Part shown: positions 41,402-52,032 of the stretch, in pieces | Layout: every line of letters starts with the position of its first letter | Numbering within the stretch: position 1 is the stretch's first letter | Origin: an uncultured delta proteobacterium | GTDB lineage: Bacteria > Desulfobacterota > Binatia > UBA9968 | Direction: 5' to 3' | NCBI GenBank assembly: GCA_963847445.1 | Contig: CAWJZV010000004.1 | Location: forward strand, 96,001 to 160,000 | Length of the DNA stretch: 64,000 nucleotides | Notes under the pieces: generated by a model | What the model was told of the DNA's origin: nothing | Database searches by the model: none | The model's input: only the letters and a program-made list of their open reading frames with translations | Translations under genes and position numbers: made by a program

Positions 41402-42313
41402 ATGAAACGCACCGAAGCATTCGATTTCTACCAGCCGGCGACGCTCCAAGAAGCCAGCCGGCTGCTCAAAGACAACGGGCCCGGCGGACGCTTTCTCGCC
41501 GGCGGCACCGATTTGGTTATCGCCATGAAAGAGAAAGGGCTGCTGCCTAAATACATCGTCGACTTGAAGCGCGTGCCCGGCCTCGCCGGCATCCGCGAAA
41601 ATAGCGACGGCAGTATCACCCTCGGCGCGTTGACGACCCTGTACACCATCGAGACCTCGGCACTGATCAAGCGAAAGTATCCGTTTCTCGCCCAAAGCGC
41701 GGCGGAAGTCGGCTCGATTCAAATTCGCAACCGCGCCACCATCGGCGGCAACATGGCCAACGCCTCGCCGTCCGCCGATACTTCGCCGGCGTTGATCGCG
41801 CTTAACGCGACCTGCAAAATTGCCAGCGCCAGCGGCGAAAGAACAATCAAAATGGACGAATTTTTCAAAGGCCCCGGCCAGAGCGTGATGAACGCGGATG
41901 AAATCTTGACAGAAGTCACGATTCCCAAAACCGCCGCCAATCTGGTCGGCGAGTATATAAAATTTTCACCGCGCGAAATGATGGACTTGGCCTACGTCGG
42001 CGTCGCCGTGGCATACAATCTCGGCGCCAGTGACAAAAAATGCACCGGTGTGCGCATTGTCCTCGGCGCCGTGGCACCGACACCGATCCGCGCCAAGCGC
42101 GCCGAAGCGGCGCTCGAAGGCCAGATTCTCAGCGCAGCCCTGGCGGAGAACGCCGGCCAGATCGCCGCCGAAGAGGCCAAACCGATCAGCGATGTGCGCT
42201 CATCGGCGGACTATCGCCGCGCCATGGTCGGCACCATGACCAAACGCGCCCTGCTCAACGCCGCCGCCGGCCCGGCGAAATCCTGGTACGACCGGCGCGA
42301 TCGAAGATATTAG
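41402..42313 (+). CDS. Mo-hydroxylase FAD subunit (CoxM/XdhB-like)
   Basis: FLAGGTDL, QIRNRATIGGN..NASP.AD, GAVAPTP, PISDVRSSA.YR. Confidence 0.93.
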   Translation: MKRTEAFDFYQPATLQEASRLLKDNGPGGRFLAGGTDLVIAMKEKGLLPKYIVDLKRVPGLAGIRENSDGSITLGALTTLYTIETSALIKRKYPFLAQSAAEVGSIQIRNRATIGGNMANASPSADTSPALIALNATCKIASASGERTIKMDEFFKGPGQSVMNADEILTEVTIPKTAANLVGEYIKFSPREMMDLAYVGVAVAYNLGASDKKCTGVRIVLGAVAPTPIRAKRAEAALEGQILSAALAENAGQIAAEEAKPISDVRSSADYRRAMVGTMTKRALLNAAAGPAKSWYDRRDRRY

Positions 42314-42316
42314 AAG

Positions 42317-42402
42317 AATGGAGTGATGGAGTAATGGAATGATGGAATGATGGGTTTCGCCGAATCTCAACACTCCAATACTCCAGTACTCCAACACTCC
42401 AA
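42317..42402. repeat. Palindromic 8-bp tandem repeat element
   Basis: atggagtg atggagta atggaatg atggaatg atggg ... tcaacact ccaatact ccagtact ccaacact ccaa. Confidence 0.88.
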
Positions 42403-42420
42403 TTTGAATTCGAGGTTACC

Positions 42421-42893
42421 ATGAACACAAAGATTCAATTCACGCTCAACGGCAAATCAGTCAGCCGCGAAGTGCCAGACCCATCGCCTCCTGCTCGACC
42501 TGCTGCGCGACGAGATCGGCGCCACCGGCACCAAGGAAGGTTGCGGCACCGGCGATTGCGGCGCCTGCACGGTGATGATGAACGGCAAGCCGGTGAACTC
42601 TTGTCTGATTCTTTCCGGCGAACTGGACGGCGCCGATATCGTCACCATCGAAGGCTTGAAAATCGGCCCGGAACTTCATCCAGTGCAAAAAGCTTTTGTC
42701 CAGGATGGCGGCGCCCAATGCGGTTACTGCACGCCGGGCATGTTGATGATGTCCAAAGCCTTACTCGACGACAATCCCAATCCGACGTGAAGAAGAAATT
42801 CGCTACGCCCTCTCCGGCAACCTATGCCGCTGCACCGGCTACGCGAAGATCGTCCAGGCGGTCCAAGACGCGGCAGCGATGTTAAGAAAATGA
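42421..42893 (+). CDS. Mo-hydroxylase [2Fe-2S] subunit (CoxS-like; frameshifted)
   Basis: GTKEGCGTGDCGACTV, NSCL, QCGYCTPG, GNLCRCTGY across frames. Confidence 0.93.
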
Positions 42894-42896
42894 CAA

Positions 42897-43029
42897 GGTT
42901 CAAGCCGTTCCAGTCGTTCAATCGCTTCGCTCCGATCAAATCGTTGAACCCTTCGAACGGTTACCCCAAATGAACCTCCGAATCTTCGAAACGGCTTGAA
43001 CGATTTGAACGTTTTGAACGGCTTGAACA
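42897..43029. repeat. Palindromic 9-bp tandem repeat element (GTTCAA-NNN / NNN-TTGAAC)
   Basis: gttcaagcc gttccagtc gttcaatcg ... cggcttgaa cgatttgaa cgttttgaa cggcttgaac. Confidence 0.85.
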
Positions 43030-43046
43030 AATTCTAGGAGTTAATC

Positions 43047-45365
43047 ATGTCCGAATTCACAGTTATCGGCAAACCGGTCACCCGCGTCGATGCCAACGAA
43101 AAGGTTACCGGACAAATAGTCTATGGCTACGACCTCGCCCTGCCGAACATGCTTTACGGCAAGACGCTGTTTAGCCCCAAGGCCCACGCGAAAATAATCA
43201 GCATCGATACCGACGAAGGCCAAAGCGCTGCCCGGCGTCGTTGCCGTCGTCACCGGCGCCGATGCGCCTTGGACCCACGGCGAGGCGGTCAAAGACAAGC
43301 CGTTCCTAGCCCAGGGCAAAGTGCGTTATATCGGCGAGCCGGTGGCGGCGGTGGCCGCCGAGGACGAAGACATCGCCCAAGCGGCGGTGAAACTCATCGA
43401 GGTCGAATATGAAGACCTGCCGGTTTACACCGATCCCGAAGCGGCCTGTAAACCCGGCTGCATGGAGATCCACGAAGACTACGACAGCTATCGCAAGGCC
43501 AACTTTATGGTTCGCGGCGCCGCGCCCAATGTCGCCGAACATTTCAAACTGCGCACCGGCGACGTCGCCAAAGGTTTTGCCGAGTCCGATCTGGTGCTCG
43601 AAGAGAGATATTTCGTGCCGATGATCCAGCATGCCGCCATGGAGCCGCATTCGGCGCATGCCCAGTGGGATAAAGAATCCGGCCGTCTGACCATTTGGGT
43701 CGCCAACGATGCGCCGTTCCGCGCTCTGCACGAGATCTCCGAAGCGCTCGACCATGGACAAGGAAAAAATTCGCTTCATCAATCCGGCCCAGGGCGGCGG
43801 CTTCGGCTCCAAGGGCGGCTTGAAATGCGAACCCATCGCCGTGGCGCTCGGCTTTCCATACCAACGGCCGGCCGGTGCGCGTGAAGTTCAACCGCGAAGA
43901 GACTTTCATCTCGACCCTGACGCGCCACGAAGCGGTGGTCTACTGCAAAGACCGGCGTAAAAAAGGACGGCACCATGATGGCGCGCGAGATGACGATCTA
44001 CTGGGGCGCCGGCGCCTACGCCGAGAAAAGTCCGACGGTGTGCATTCGCGGCAGCCTGCCGGCGCCTGGGCCGTATCGAATTCCCCATGTCAAAGTCGAC
44101 GGCTACGCGGTTTACACCAACAAGCCGGTGGCCGGCTCCTATCGCGGTTACGGCATTCCCCAGGGCGCCTGGGCCGGCGAACAGCAGATGGATGAGCTGG
44201 CGAGAAAACTCGGCATGGACCCCATCGACATTCGCATGAAGAATATCTTCGTCGAAGGCGACACTGTCGTACTGGGGTGAGAAACTCCACGCCGTCGGCT
44301 TGAAAGAGACCTTGATCAAAGCCACCGAGGCGATCGATTACGGCAAGAAATCGACTGATCAACAAGCCTGGCCTGAAAATCGGCAAAGGCTTCGCCTGCA
44401 TTCAAAAGCCAACCCGCTCGCCGACCACTTCCAATGCCGGCGTCACCGTTAACGCCCAAGGCGAAGTCACGGTGTTCGCGGGAACGGTGGAAATCGGCCA
44501 AGGCTGCAATACGATCCTCTCGCAAGTGGCCGCCGAAGAGTTAAAAGTCCCGATGGACAAAGTGCTCATGCACCAGCTCGACACCGACGTCATCCCCTAC
44601 GACGCTTCGACCACTTCGAGCCGGAGCACCTATCACATGGGCAACGCCGTGCGCAGCGCCTCGATTCACGCCCGTGAACAGATCATGGAAGCGGCGGCGC
44701 CGATGCTCGAAGCCGGCGTCCAAGAGCTCGTCTTCGGCGATGGCAAAGTTTTCGCCAAAGACCAGCCGCAGCAGTCACTGCCCATCGGCGAAGTCGTCAA
44801 GCGCAAGCTCGGCATCAACGGCATCGTCCGCGGCGACGCGTCGTATACCTATGAAATCGGCAAAGACCTGGATTTGGAGACCGGCCACAGCGACCATGCG
44901 TCGGCGTTTTATATGTACGCCACCCAGGCCGCCGAAGTCAGCGTCGACGAAGAGAGCGGCCGCGTGCGGGTGCTCAGAATGTCCGCCGCCCACGACGTCG
45001 GCAAAGCGATCAATCCGCTCAACTGTGCCGCGCAAATCGAAGGCGGCGTGGTCATGGGCATTGGCTCGGCGATCCATGAAGAGATGATCATCGACGCCAC
45101 CGGCAAGGTGCGCAACCCGTCGTTCCTCGATTACCACCTGGTCACATCCCTCGATTGTCCGGAGTTGATTCCGATCATCGTCGAATGCCACGAGCCCGAA
45201 GGTCCCTACGGCGCCAAAGGTTTGGGCGAACCGGGCCTGGCACCGACCCCCGCCGCCATCGGCAATGCCGTCGCCGACGCCACCGGCGTGCGCATCTACG
45301 ATCTGCCGCTCAAGCCGGAAAACGTTTTCTGGGCGCTGCAGAAGAATAAAAAAAGCGCCGCTTAA
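43047..45365 (+). CDS. Mo-hydroxylase molybdopterin subunit (xanthine dehydrogenase family; several frameshifts)
   Basis: RVDA.EKVTG, HA.MEPH, GGGFGSK, YTNKP.AGSYRGYG, E.GQG, SRST, HDVGKAINP..QIEGG, GPYGAKGLGE, AIGNAV.DATG. Confidence 0.93.
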
Positions 45366-45466
45366 CCGTTTTATCTCGAATTTCCGACGACTTTCGTTTA
45401 ACATTGCTCACCGGCTGAGAGCGCAAGTCTCAGCCGGTGAATTCTCTCGTCGCGGAGGACCACGTA

Positions 45467-46640
45467 ATGCGGACTTGTTTTCGCCGATCGCTTCTGCTGT
45501 TCATTTTGGCGGCTTCGCTGCCCTCTGGAGAATCAGCCATGGCGGCGGAAACCGGGCCACGGCCGAGCCCAACCGTAACCGGCATGCCCGCCGTGGTCGA
45601 TCCCAACAATCTCTACAGCGAGACCCGCTCGGACAAGCTGAGCCCGGCCGTGGCCAAGCATTTGAGCCGGGTTTACGTGCCCAACCGCACCTCCAATGAC
45701 GTTTGGGTGATCGATCCCGAATCGCTGAAAGTCATCGACAAATTCAAAGTCGGCATCAACCCGCAGCATGTCGTGCCGTCATGGGACTTGAAAACCCTCT
45801 GGGTCAACAACAACGCCGAAGGGCGCCACGACGGCAGCGTCACGCCCATCGACCCGCTCACCGGCAAGCCCGGCAAAAACATTCCGGTGGACGATCCTTA
45901 CAACATGTATTTCACGCCGGACGGCAGCGCTGCCATCGTCGTCGCCGAAGCGCGCAAGCGATTGGATTTCCGCGATCCGCAGACCATGGCGATGAAGTAT
46001 TCCATCGACACGCCGCAATGCGCCGGCATTAACCACGCCGATTTTTCCGCCGACGGCCGCTACGCGATCTTCACCTGCGAGTTCGCCCAGACCTTGGCGA
46101 AGATCGATCTGGTCGAGAGAAAAGTCGTCGGTTATTTAAAATTATCCAAGGGCGGCATGCCGCAAGACGCGCGCATTTCGCCGGACGGCAAAGTATTTTA
46201 CATCGCCGATATGAAAGCCGAAGGCGTGTTCATCATCGATGCTGAGAAGTTCAGCGAAATCGGCCATATCAAAACCGGCCTCGGCGCCCATGGCCTCTAC
46301 CCGAGCCGCGACGGGAAAAAACTCTATGTCGCCAATCGCGGCGTCGCCAAGGTTTACGGACCGCCCAAAGGCAAAGGCAGCGTCAGCGTCGTCGACTTCA
46401 CCACGACGAAAAGTCGAAGCGACCTGGACCATCCCCGGCGGCGGCAGCCCCGACATGGGCAACGTCAGCATCGACGGCAAACAGTTGTGGCTCTCGGGCC
46501 GCTACGACAACGAGATCTACGTCTTCGACACCGCCAACGGCAGCGTCAAAAAAATCCCCGTAAAAACCGAACCGCACGGCCTCACCGTCTGGCCGCAGCC
46601 GGGACGATACTCGCTCGGCCATACCGGGAATATGCGCTAG
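45467..46640 (+). CDS. Secreted YncE/YVTN beta-propeller protein (frameshift near 46410)
   Basis: Signal peptide, RVYVPN, PQHVVPSWD, DPYNMYFTPDG, AHGLYPSRDG..LYVAN, PHGL.VWPQPGRYSLGHTG. Confidence 0.85.
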
Positions 46641-46856
46641 CGCGAAACGATTTTCGTTCAAGCCAGCCATACAAAGGCGGTGCGATTCGTCGAAGCTTAG
46701 CGAATGCATCATCGATAGCCGTATCCACTGCGCCGGATCGTCGGGGAACCTTTCACATTCAGCCTGGCGAATGACGCAACGTCTTGCGCCGTTCATGTGA
46801 AACCCGGTAAAAGGCTCTATCGTGTTTGGACTCTGAGATCACACAAGGAGATTCGC

Positions 46857-47888
46857 ATGACTAGATTCGCTGTAGCTTTATTGGCACTCATCACGATCGT
46901 TCAAGCTCAAACAGTCAATGCCGCCTCGGCCGACGACTTCTACCGCGGCAAGACCATCCGGGTGATCGTCGGTTTCGCCGCCGGCGGCGGCTTCGATCAG
47001 TACGCGCGCACCATCGCGCGCCATATGCCAAGGCATATTGCCGGCAACCCGGCGATGATCGTCGACAACATGGGCGGCGCCGGCAGCCGGCTCGCCGCCA
47101 ATTATCTCTACAAAGCCAGCGCGCCGGACGGCTTGACCATCGGCAACTTCATCGGCTCGCTGCTGTTGCAGCAAATCCTCGGCGACCAGGGCGTGGAATT
47201 CGACGGCAAGCGCTTCGAATGGCTCGGCGCGCCGGTGCAGGACGAGACCGTCTGCGCGCTGACCAAGGCGAGCGGCATCACCAGCCTCGACCAATGGTTC
47301 GCGGCCAAGAAGCCGGTGAAACTCGGCGGCGAAGCGCCCGGCGCCAACGACTCCGACGTGCCGCGCATGCTGCAAGCGACTTTGAAGCTGCCGCTGCAAT
47401 TGATCGAGGGCTACAAAGGCACTTCGTTCATTCGCATCGCCGCCGAATCTGGCGAAGTCGACGGCGGCTGCTGGACCTGGGCGTCGATCCGTTCGACTTG
47501 GAAAAAAGGTCTCGACTCCGGGCAAGTGATTCCGATCATTCAAGTCAACGCCAAGAAGGCGCACGACATCCCCAACGTCCCCAACGCCTACGACCACGCC
47601 AAGACCGCCGAGGCCAAAGCGCTGCTTGAGGCCGGCGTCCACGCGCCGTCGGCGATCCTGCGCGCTTACGCGCTGCCGCCGGCAACGCCGAAAGACCGAT
47701 TGACTATTTTGCGCGATGCCTTCAACGCGACCATGAAAGACAAAGAATTCATCGCCGAGATCGTCAAAGGAAACCTCGAGCTGGATCCACTCAACGGCGC
47801 CGAGGTGGAAACCCTCGCGCGCAAACTTTACCAGGTCGATCAAAGCTTGGTCGGCAAGTTGCGCGAGATCTTAGTGCCGAAGAAATAG
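46857..47888 (+). CDS. Bug/TctC tripartite tricarboxylate transporter binding protein
   Basis: FYRGKTIRVIVGFAAGGGFD.YAR, NM.GAGS, PDGLTIG, GYKG....A.E.GEVDG, PP.TP..R. Confidence 0.9.
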   Translation: MTRFAVALLALITIVQAQTVNAASADDFYRGKTIRVIVGFAAGGGFDQYARTIARHMPRHIAGNPAMIVDNMGGAGSRLAANYLYKASAPDGLTIGNFIGSLLLQQILGDQGVEFDGKRFEWLGAPVQDETVCALTKASGITSLDQWFAAKKPVKLGGEAPGANDSDVPRMLQATLKLPLQLIEGYKGTSFIRIAAESGEVDGGCWTWASIRSTWKKGLDSGQVIPIIQVNAKKAHDIPNVPNAYDHAKTAEAKALLEAGVHAPSAILRAYALPPATPKDRLTILRDAFNATMKDKEFIAEIVKGNLELDPLNGAEVETLARKLYQVDQSLVGKLREILVPKK

Positions 47889-47894
47889 CCGGCC

Positions 47895-50123
47895 CTAGCG
47901 CCAGCGCAGCACCTTTACAACATTGGAAAACTCGTCGGTCCAGAGATCACCGTCGAGCCGTCCATCGAGCCGCTGCCAGCGCGCACCGAAAGCGAAAGTG
48001 TCCGCCGCTCGACGGTCGCGTGACAACAGCATCCAGCGTGAGGGACTCTTCCCCTCGGCGATCTCTTCAGGGGTCAGTTCGAAGTCGTCTTGAATCAGCG
48101 CCGTTAGTTCCAACTCCGTGGCCAGCCGGTCAAGCACCGGCGCCAGATCCATGTGACGGTTCGAAATATGGATCAGCAGTATGCCGCCGCCAGATAGCTT
48201 CCGCAGATAGAGCTCAAACGCCTGGCGAGTCAATAGATGCGTGGGAATCACATCCGAGCTAAAAGCATCTAAAACAAAAATGTCGAAATAATGACTCGGC
48301 GCACTCGCCAACGACAAGCGGGCGTCGCCGATGATCACATCAATCTTCGGCGGACAATCGCGCAGATAGGTGAACAAGCGCGGGTCGCGCGCGATCTTTT
48401 CCACCATCGGATCAATTTCGTAAAAGGTGAACTGTTGCGCAGCAGCGCCGTGGCACGCCAGCGCGCCGGTGCCAAGGCCAACGATGGCGACCTTATTCGC
48501 GGCGCCGCCGCGCGCGGCCGCGAGCAGCACCTGGCCGGCCGGACCGCTGCGATGGTAGTACGACAAGGGAATGAGATGCTTCGCGGCCTCGGAATTCTGC
48601 GCGCCATGGATCGTCGTGCCATGAAACAGCAGATGGCGTTTACTGGCGAGGTCATGAGTCACCCGATAGGCGCCGAAGAAACTACGGTCGTGGAATATCT
48701 CGTGACCATAGGACGGTGGAAACCTCGCAGCGATCAAGAAAAGGGCGATCAAACCCAACCCAAAGCGCACTGGCCGGTTGGCGAAAGTCAGGCAAAGCAT
48801 GCCGCTGATGCCAAAAATCATCAAATGAAGGTTGGCACGCGACAAAGATGGCATAGCCTTGCCGAGTTCGAGAAGCAGCATCATAGCCGCACAAAGCAGC
48901 ACCGGGAGGAGCCAGTCCGCTTTTTTGCCCGCCGCCATATTTTCGGCTCCACTGACGACTGGACGGGCAAAAGCCGCCGCAACCATCATCAATGGATATT
49001 CCAGGACGCTGCTAAAAACTTGCGGCGCCAACAATGCATTGAACAATCCGCCTAGCACACCGCCTAGCGATATCCAGAGATAAAATTCGGTGAGCTGGCT
49101 GGCCGGTGGCCGGTCTTGGGCCAAGCGGCCATGACAAATGACTGCGGTGACGAAGAAAGCGAGCAGATGTAAAGGCAAAACGATGTACACCGGACTCGTC
49201 GCACTCACGGCAACGATAATCGCCGCCGCGAGCAGGAGAAACGCTTGACGACGAACGAGAAACGGCCCGGTCGCCCATTGCGCGCCACCGAAGGCGACGA
49301 TGAAAGACAATAAATAGGCCGCCAATGGAATCACCCAGAAAAGCGGCGCCGAAACCACATCCGTGGTGATGTACAGGGTTACGCCACTGAGTAAACTCGA
49401 AGGCACGAAAGACCAGAGAAGCCACCTTAACCGTCGACTCAGCGCAATCGTGAATTGGTCATCGTGGAAGCCATCGCCGCCGACGCCGGCCGCCGCCGCA
49501 CCGGGGTCGGGATCAGCGACGGCGCGAGTCGTAGATGAATATAGAAAACTCAGTAGACAGAGCGCGATAAGCAACGCCAGTCCTAAAAAACCATGGAACC
49601 AATAATAATTTTGCTGATTGAGCGTCAGATTGGGTTCGATCAAAGCCGGATAGGCGAGCAGACCGGCCAAGCTCCCGGCGTTGCTCGCCGCGTATAAAAA
49701 ATAGGGGTCGCGCGACGCGCTGTGACGACTTTGAGCAAACCACTGCTGCAGCAGCGGCGCGCCCGCGGCGATCACAAACAACGGAAAGCCGATCGAGACC
49801 GTTAACGCGCCGAGCACGAGCTGAGTCGGATGTTCGGCCGGCGTCGACAACCATTGCATGGGCAGAGTGACCGGCAGCAGTAGGATCGCCGCGGCGACAA
49901 GACCCAAATGTAAAACCGCCTGGCCCTTGATACCGATCCACGCGCCGAGGTAATGCGCATACGCGTAGCCAATCAGCAGGGCGGCTTGATAAAAAGCCAG
50001 ACTGGCGTTCCAAACCGCCGGACTGCCGCCGAGAAAAGGCAAAATCATCTTGGCGACCAACGGTTCAATAATGAACATCAAGGCCGCATTGACGAACAAT
50101 GTTAGCGAGTAAAGTAGGATCAA
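47895..50123 (-). CDS. Membrane-fused spermidine-synthase-like SAM-dependent protein
   Basis: LP.LGGSPAVWN, PY.LYAASNAGS, CHG.LA..RP....LTEFYL, HGTT.HG.Q, GLGTG, YEIDP, GDARL, DAFSSD.IP.HLLT, WTD.FSN. Confidence 0.88.
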   Translation of the reverse strand: MILLYSLTLFVNAALMFIIEPLVAKMILPFLGGSPAVWNASLAFYQAALLIGYAYAHYLGAWIGIKGQAVLHLGLVAAAILLLPVTLPMQWLSTPAEHPTQLVLGALTVSIGFPLFVIAAGAPLLQQWFAQSRHSASRDPYFLYAASNAGSLAGLLAYPALIEPNLTLNQQNYYWFHGFLGLALLIALCLLSFLYSSTTRAVADPDPGAAAAGVGGDGFHDDQFTIALSRRLRWLLWSFVPSSLLSGVTLYITTDVVSAPLFWVIPLAAYLLSFIVAFGGAQWATGPFLVRRQAFLLLAAAIIVAVSATSPVYIVLPLHLLAFFVTAVICHGRLAQDRPPASQLTEFYLWISLGGVLGGLFNALLAPQVFSSVLEYPLMMVAAAFARPVVSGAENMAAGKKADWLLPVLLCAAMMLLLELGKAMPSLSRANLHLMIFGISGMLCLTFANRPVRFGLGLIALFLIAARFPPSYGHEIFHDRSFFGAYRVTHDLASKRHLLFHGTTIHGAQNSEAAKHLIPLSYYHRSGPAGQVLLAAARGGAANKVAIVGLGTGALACHGAAAQQFTFYEIDPMVEKIARDPRLFTYLRDCPPKIDVIIGDARLSLASAPSHYFDIFVLDAFSSDVIPTHLLTRQAFELYLRKLSGGGILLIHISNRHMDLAPVLDRLATELELTALIQDDFELTPEEIAEGKSPSRWMLLSRDRRAADTFAFGARWQRLDGRLDGDLWTDEFSNVVKVLRWR

Positions 50124-50178
50124 ACTCTAGTCCGATATTGGTTTTGCGTCGTGAGTTGCCGGGTCGGAAGCCGTATAC

Positions 50179-50193
50179 GCCAGTTGCATGCCA
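50179..50193 (-). promoter_or_regulatory. Possible sigma-54 promoter
   Basis: Minus strand TGGCAT-GCAAC-TGGC (GG-N10-GC), about 55 bp upstream of 50123; imperfect -12. Confidence 0.4.
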
Positions 50194-50338
50194 AGCTATT
50201 TAACTACGGTTAATCGGTACGACCGGCCAGTCAAATTAGCAGATCGAACTATCCAGTCAATTGACATCTTGGCGCACTCTTCGATAGAAACAAATACCTA
50301 CACGCCGCATCGAACACTCACGTTTCGCGCGAGGGAAT

Positions 50339-50536
50339 ATGGCCGAAGCACTCACTGTCGAGAATCTAAAAACAATCGCCGAGCAGCGGGGATTGAAACT
50401 TGCCGACGAAGAACTGCAACAACTCCTGCCCGGCGTCATGCGCGCGCGCCAGCAAGCAGCCGAGTTGAGAGAACTGCTCACGCTGCCGGATGAACCGGCG
50501 GGCGTATTCAATGCCGGCAAAGAGAAACTAAAGTAG
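50339..50536 (+). CDS. Small GatC/AtzG-like amidase partner
   Basis: 65 aa, IAEQRGLKL..EEL, C-terminal EPAGVF motif, 7 bp upstream of the amidase. Confidence 0.7.
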   Translation: MAEALTVENLKTIAEQRGLKLADEELQQLLPGVMRARQQAAELRELLTLPDEPAGVFNAGKEKLK

Positions 50537-50543
50537 CCACGCC

Positions 50544-51946
50544 ATGGAGCAAAACGAACTCTGTTATCTGACCATTGCCGAAGCCGCCGCTGGCCTCCGG
50601 CGCAAACAATTTTCCGCCGTCGAACTCGCCGACGCCTGTCTCGACCGTATCGAAGCGCATGACGCCAAGCTGCATAGTTTCATCACGCTCACGGCGGATC
50701 TGGCCTTGGAACAAGCCCGGCAAGCGGAGAAAGAATTGCGCAGCGGCGTCGATCGCGGTCCGCTCCACGGCATACCCATCGCGCTCAAAGATCTCTACGC
50801 GACCAAAGGAATCCGCACGACATGCCATTCAGCGGTGTTGGAGAACTGGATACCCGATCACGATGCGACAACGGTCACCGAAACTCCAGGAAGCCGGCAC
50901 GGTCTTACTCGGCAAGCTCGGCATGCACGAGTTCGCCTTCGGCGGCCCGTCGCTGGACGCGCCCTTCCCTGCCGTGAGAAATCCCTGGAACACGGCGCAT
51001 ATTCCCGGTGGTTCGAGCAGCGGTTCCGGCGCGGCGTTGGCCGCCGGCTTTTGCTTCGGCGCGCTGGGCTCCGACACCGGCGGATCGATCCGCACGCCGT
51101 CATCACACTGCGGCATCGTCGGCATCAAACCGACCTACGGCCGTTGCAGCCGTTACGGCGTCATCCCGCTCAGCTGGTCCCTCGATCACACCGGCCCGAT
51201 GGCGCGCAGCGTCGAAGACTGCGCCATCATGCTGCAAGTCCTGGCCGGTTACGACGCCAAGGACAACGCTTCGGCGCAATGTGCCGGTGGCGAATTTTCA
51301 AGCGGGCATGAAGGACGGAGTCAAAGGGCTGCGCGTCGGCGTGCCGCGCAAAAACTGGTTCGATGAAAACTTAGGAATCGATCCGCAAACCGAAGCGGCC
51401 TTCAATCAAGCGCTCAAAGTCCTCGAAAGCCTCGGCGCGACGGTCGTCGACATCGACGGCAAGTGCTTCTCACTGGCGCGCAAAGCCAACCAGACCATCT
51501 TGGTCTGCGAAGCCTACACCTATCATGAAAAGACTTATCAACAGACGCCGCTGAAGTTCGGCAGCTCGGTGCGCCGAAGAATGCTCGAAGGCGCGTTCCT
51601 GAGCGCCGCCGATTATCTCACCGCCCAGCGCGCCCGCGCCGTGCTCAACGAACAGATCCGCGCCAACTTCGCCAACGTCGACGTCTTCGCCGTCCCCGGC
51701 GCCGCCAGGCCGCCGGAAGCGTTTGATCGCATGGACCCCAACGAGCAGAACCTGCGGCCGAGTTTCACCAATCCATTTAATCTGACGGGATTGCCGGCGA
51801 TCTCGGTGCCCTGCGGTTTTACTGAAGGGAATTTACCGGCAGGATTGCAAATCGTCGCGCCACCGTTTGAGGAAGCGACTTGTTTCCGCGTCGCTTACGC
51901 TTACGAGCAGGCGACGGAGTGGCATAAGCAACGGCCGGTGCTTTAG
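50544..51946 (+). CDS. Amidase-signature enzyme (GatA/AtzE-like; frameshifted)
   Basis: GPLHGIPIALKD (Lys), GK..MHEFA.G, NPW, GGSSSGS, GSDTGGSIR.P, FT.PFNLTGLPAISVPCG. Confidence 0.93.
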
Positions 51947-52032
51947 TCGCATGCAGCTTTCCGGGATAAATTAGGAACGTTCAAATAGGAATACCCGTCG
52001 CACTGATAGCTTGCGTATCGTTCGCACGTGTC

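Noticed and set aside
29677-43029. CRISPR arrays
   Set aside because: Units are 6-9 bp, tandem and arranged as inverted arms, with no 25-45-bp repeats, unique spacers or cas genes.
41402-45365. Aerobic CO dehydrogenase (coxMSL)
   Set aside because: The large-subunit loop is SYRGYG, not the form I AYxCSFR motif, and no coxDEFG genes are present.
50339-51946. gatC-gatA of the tRNA amidotransferase
   Set aside because: No gatB follows, and the small protein is shorter than GatC and ends in EPAxxF.
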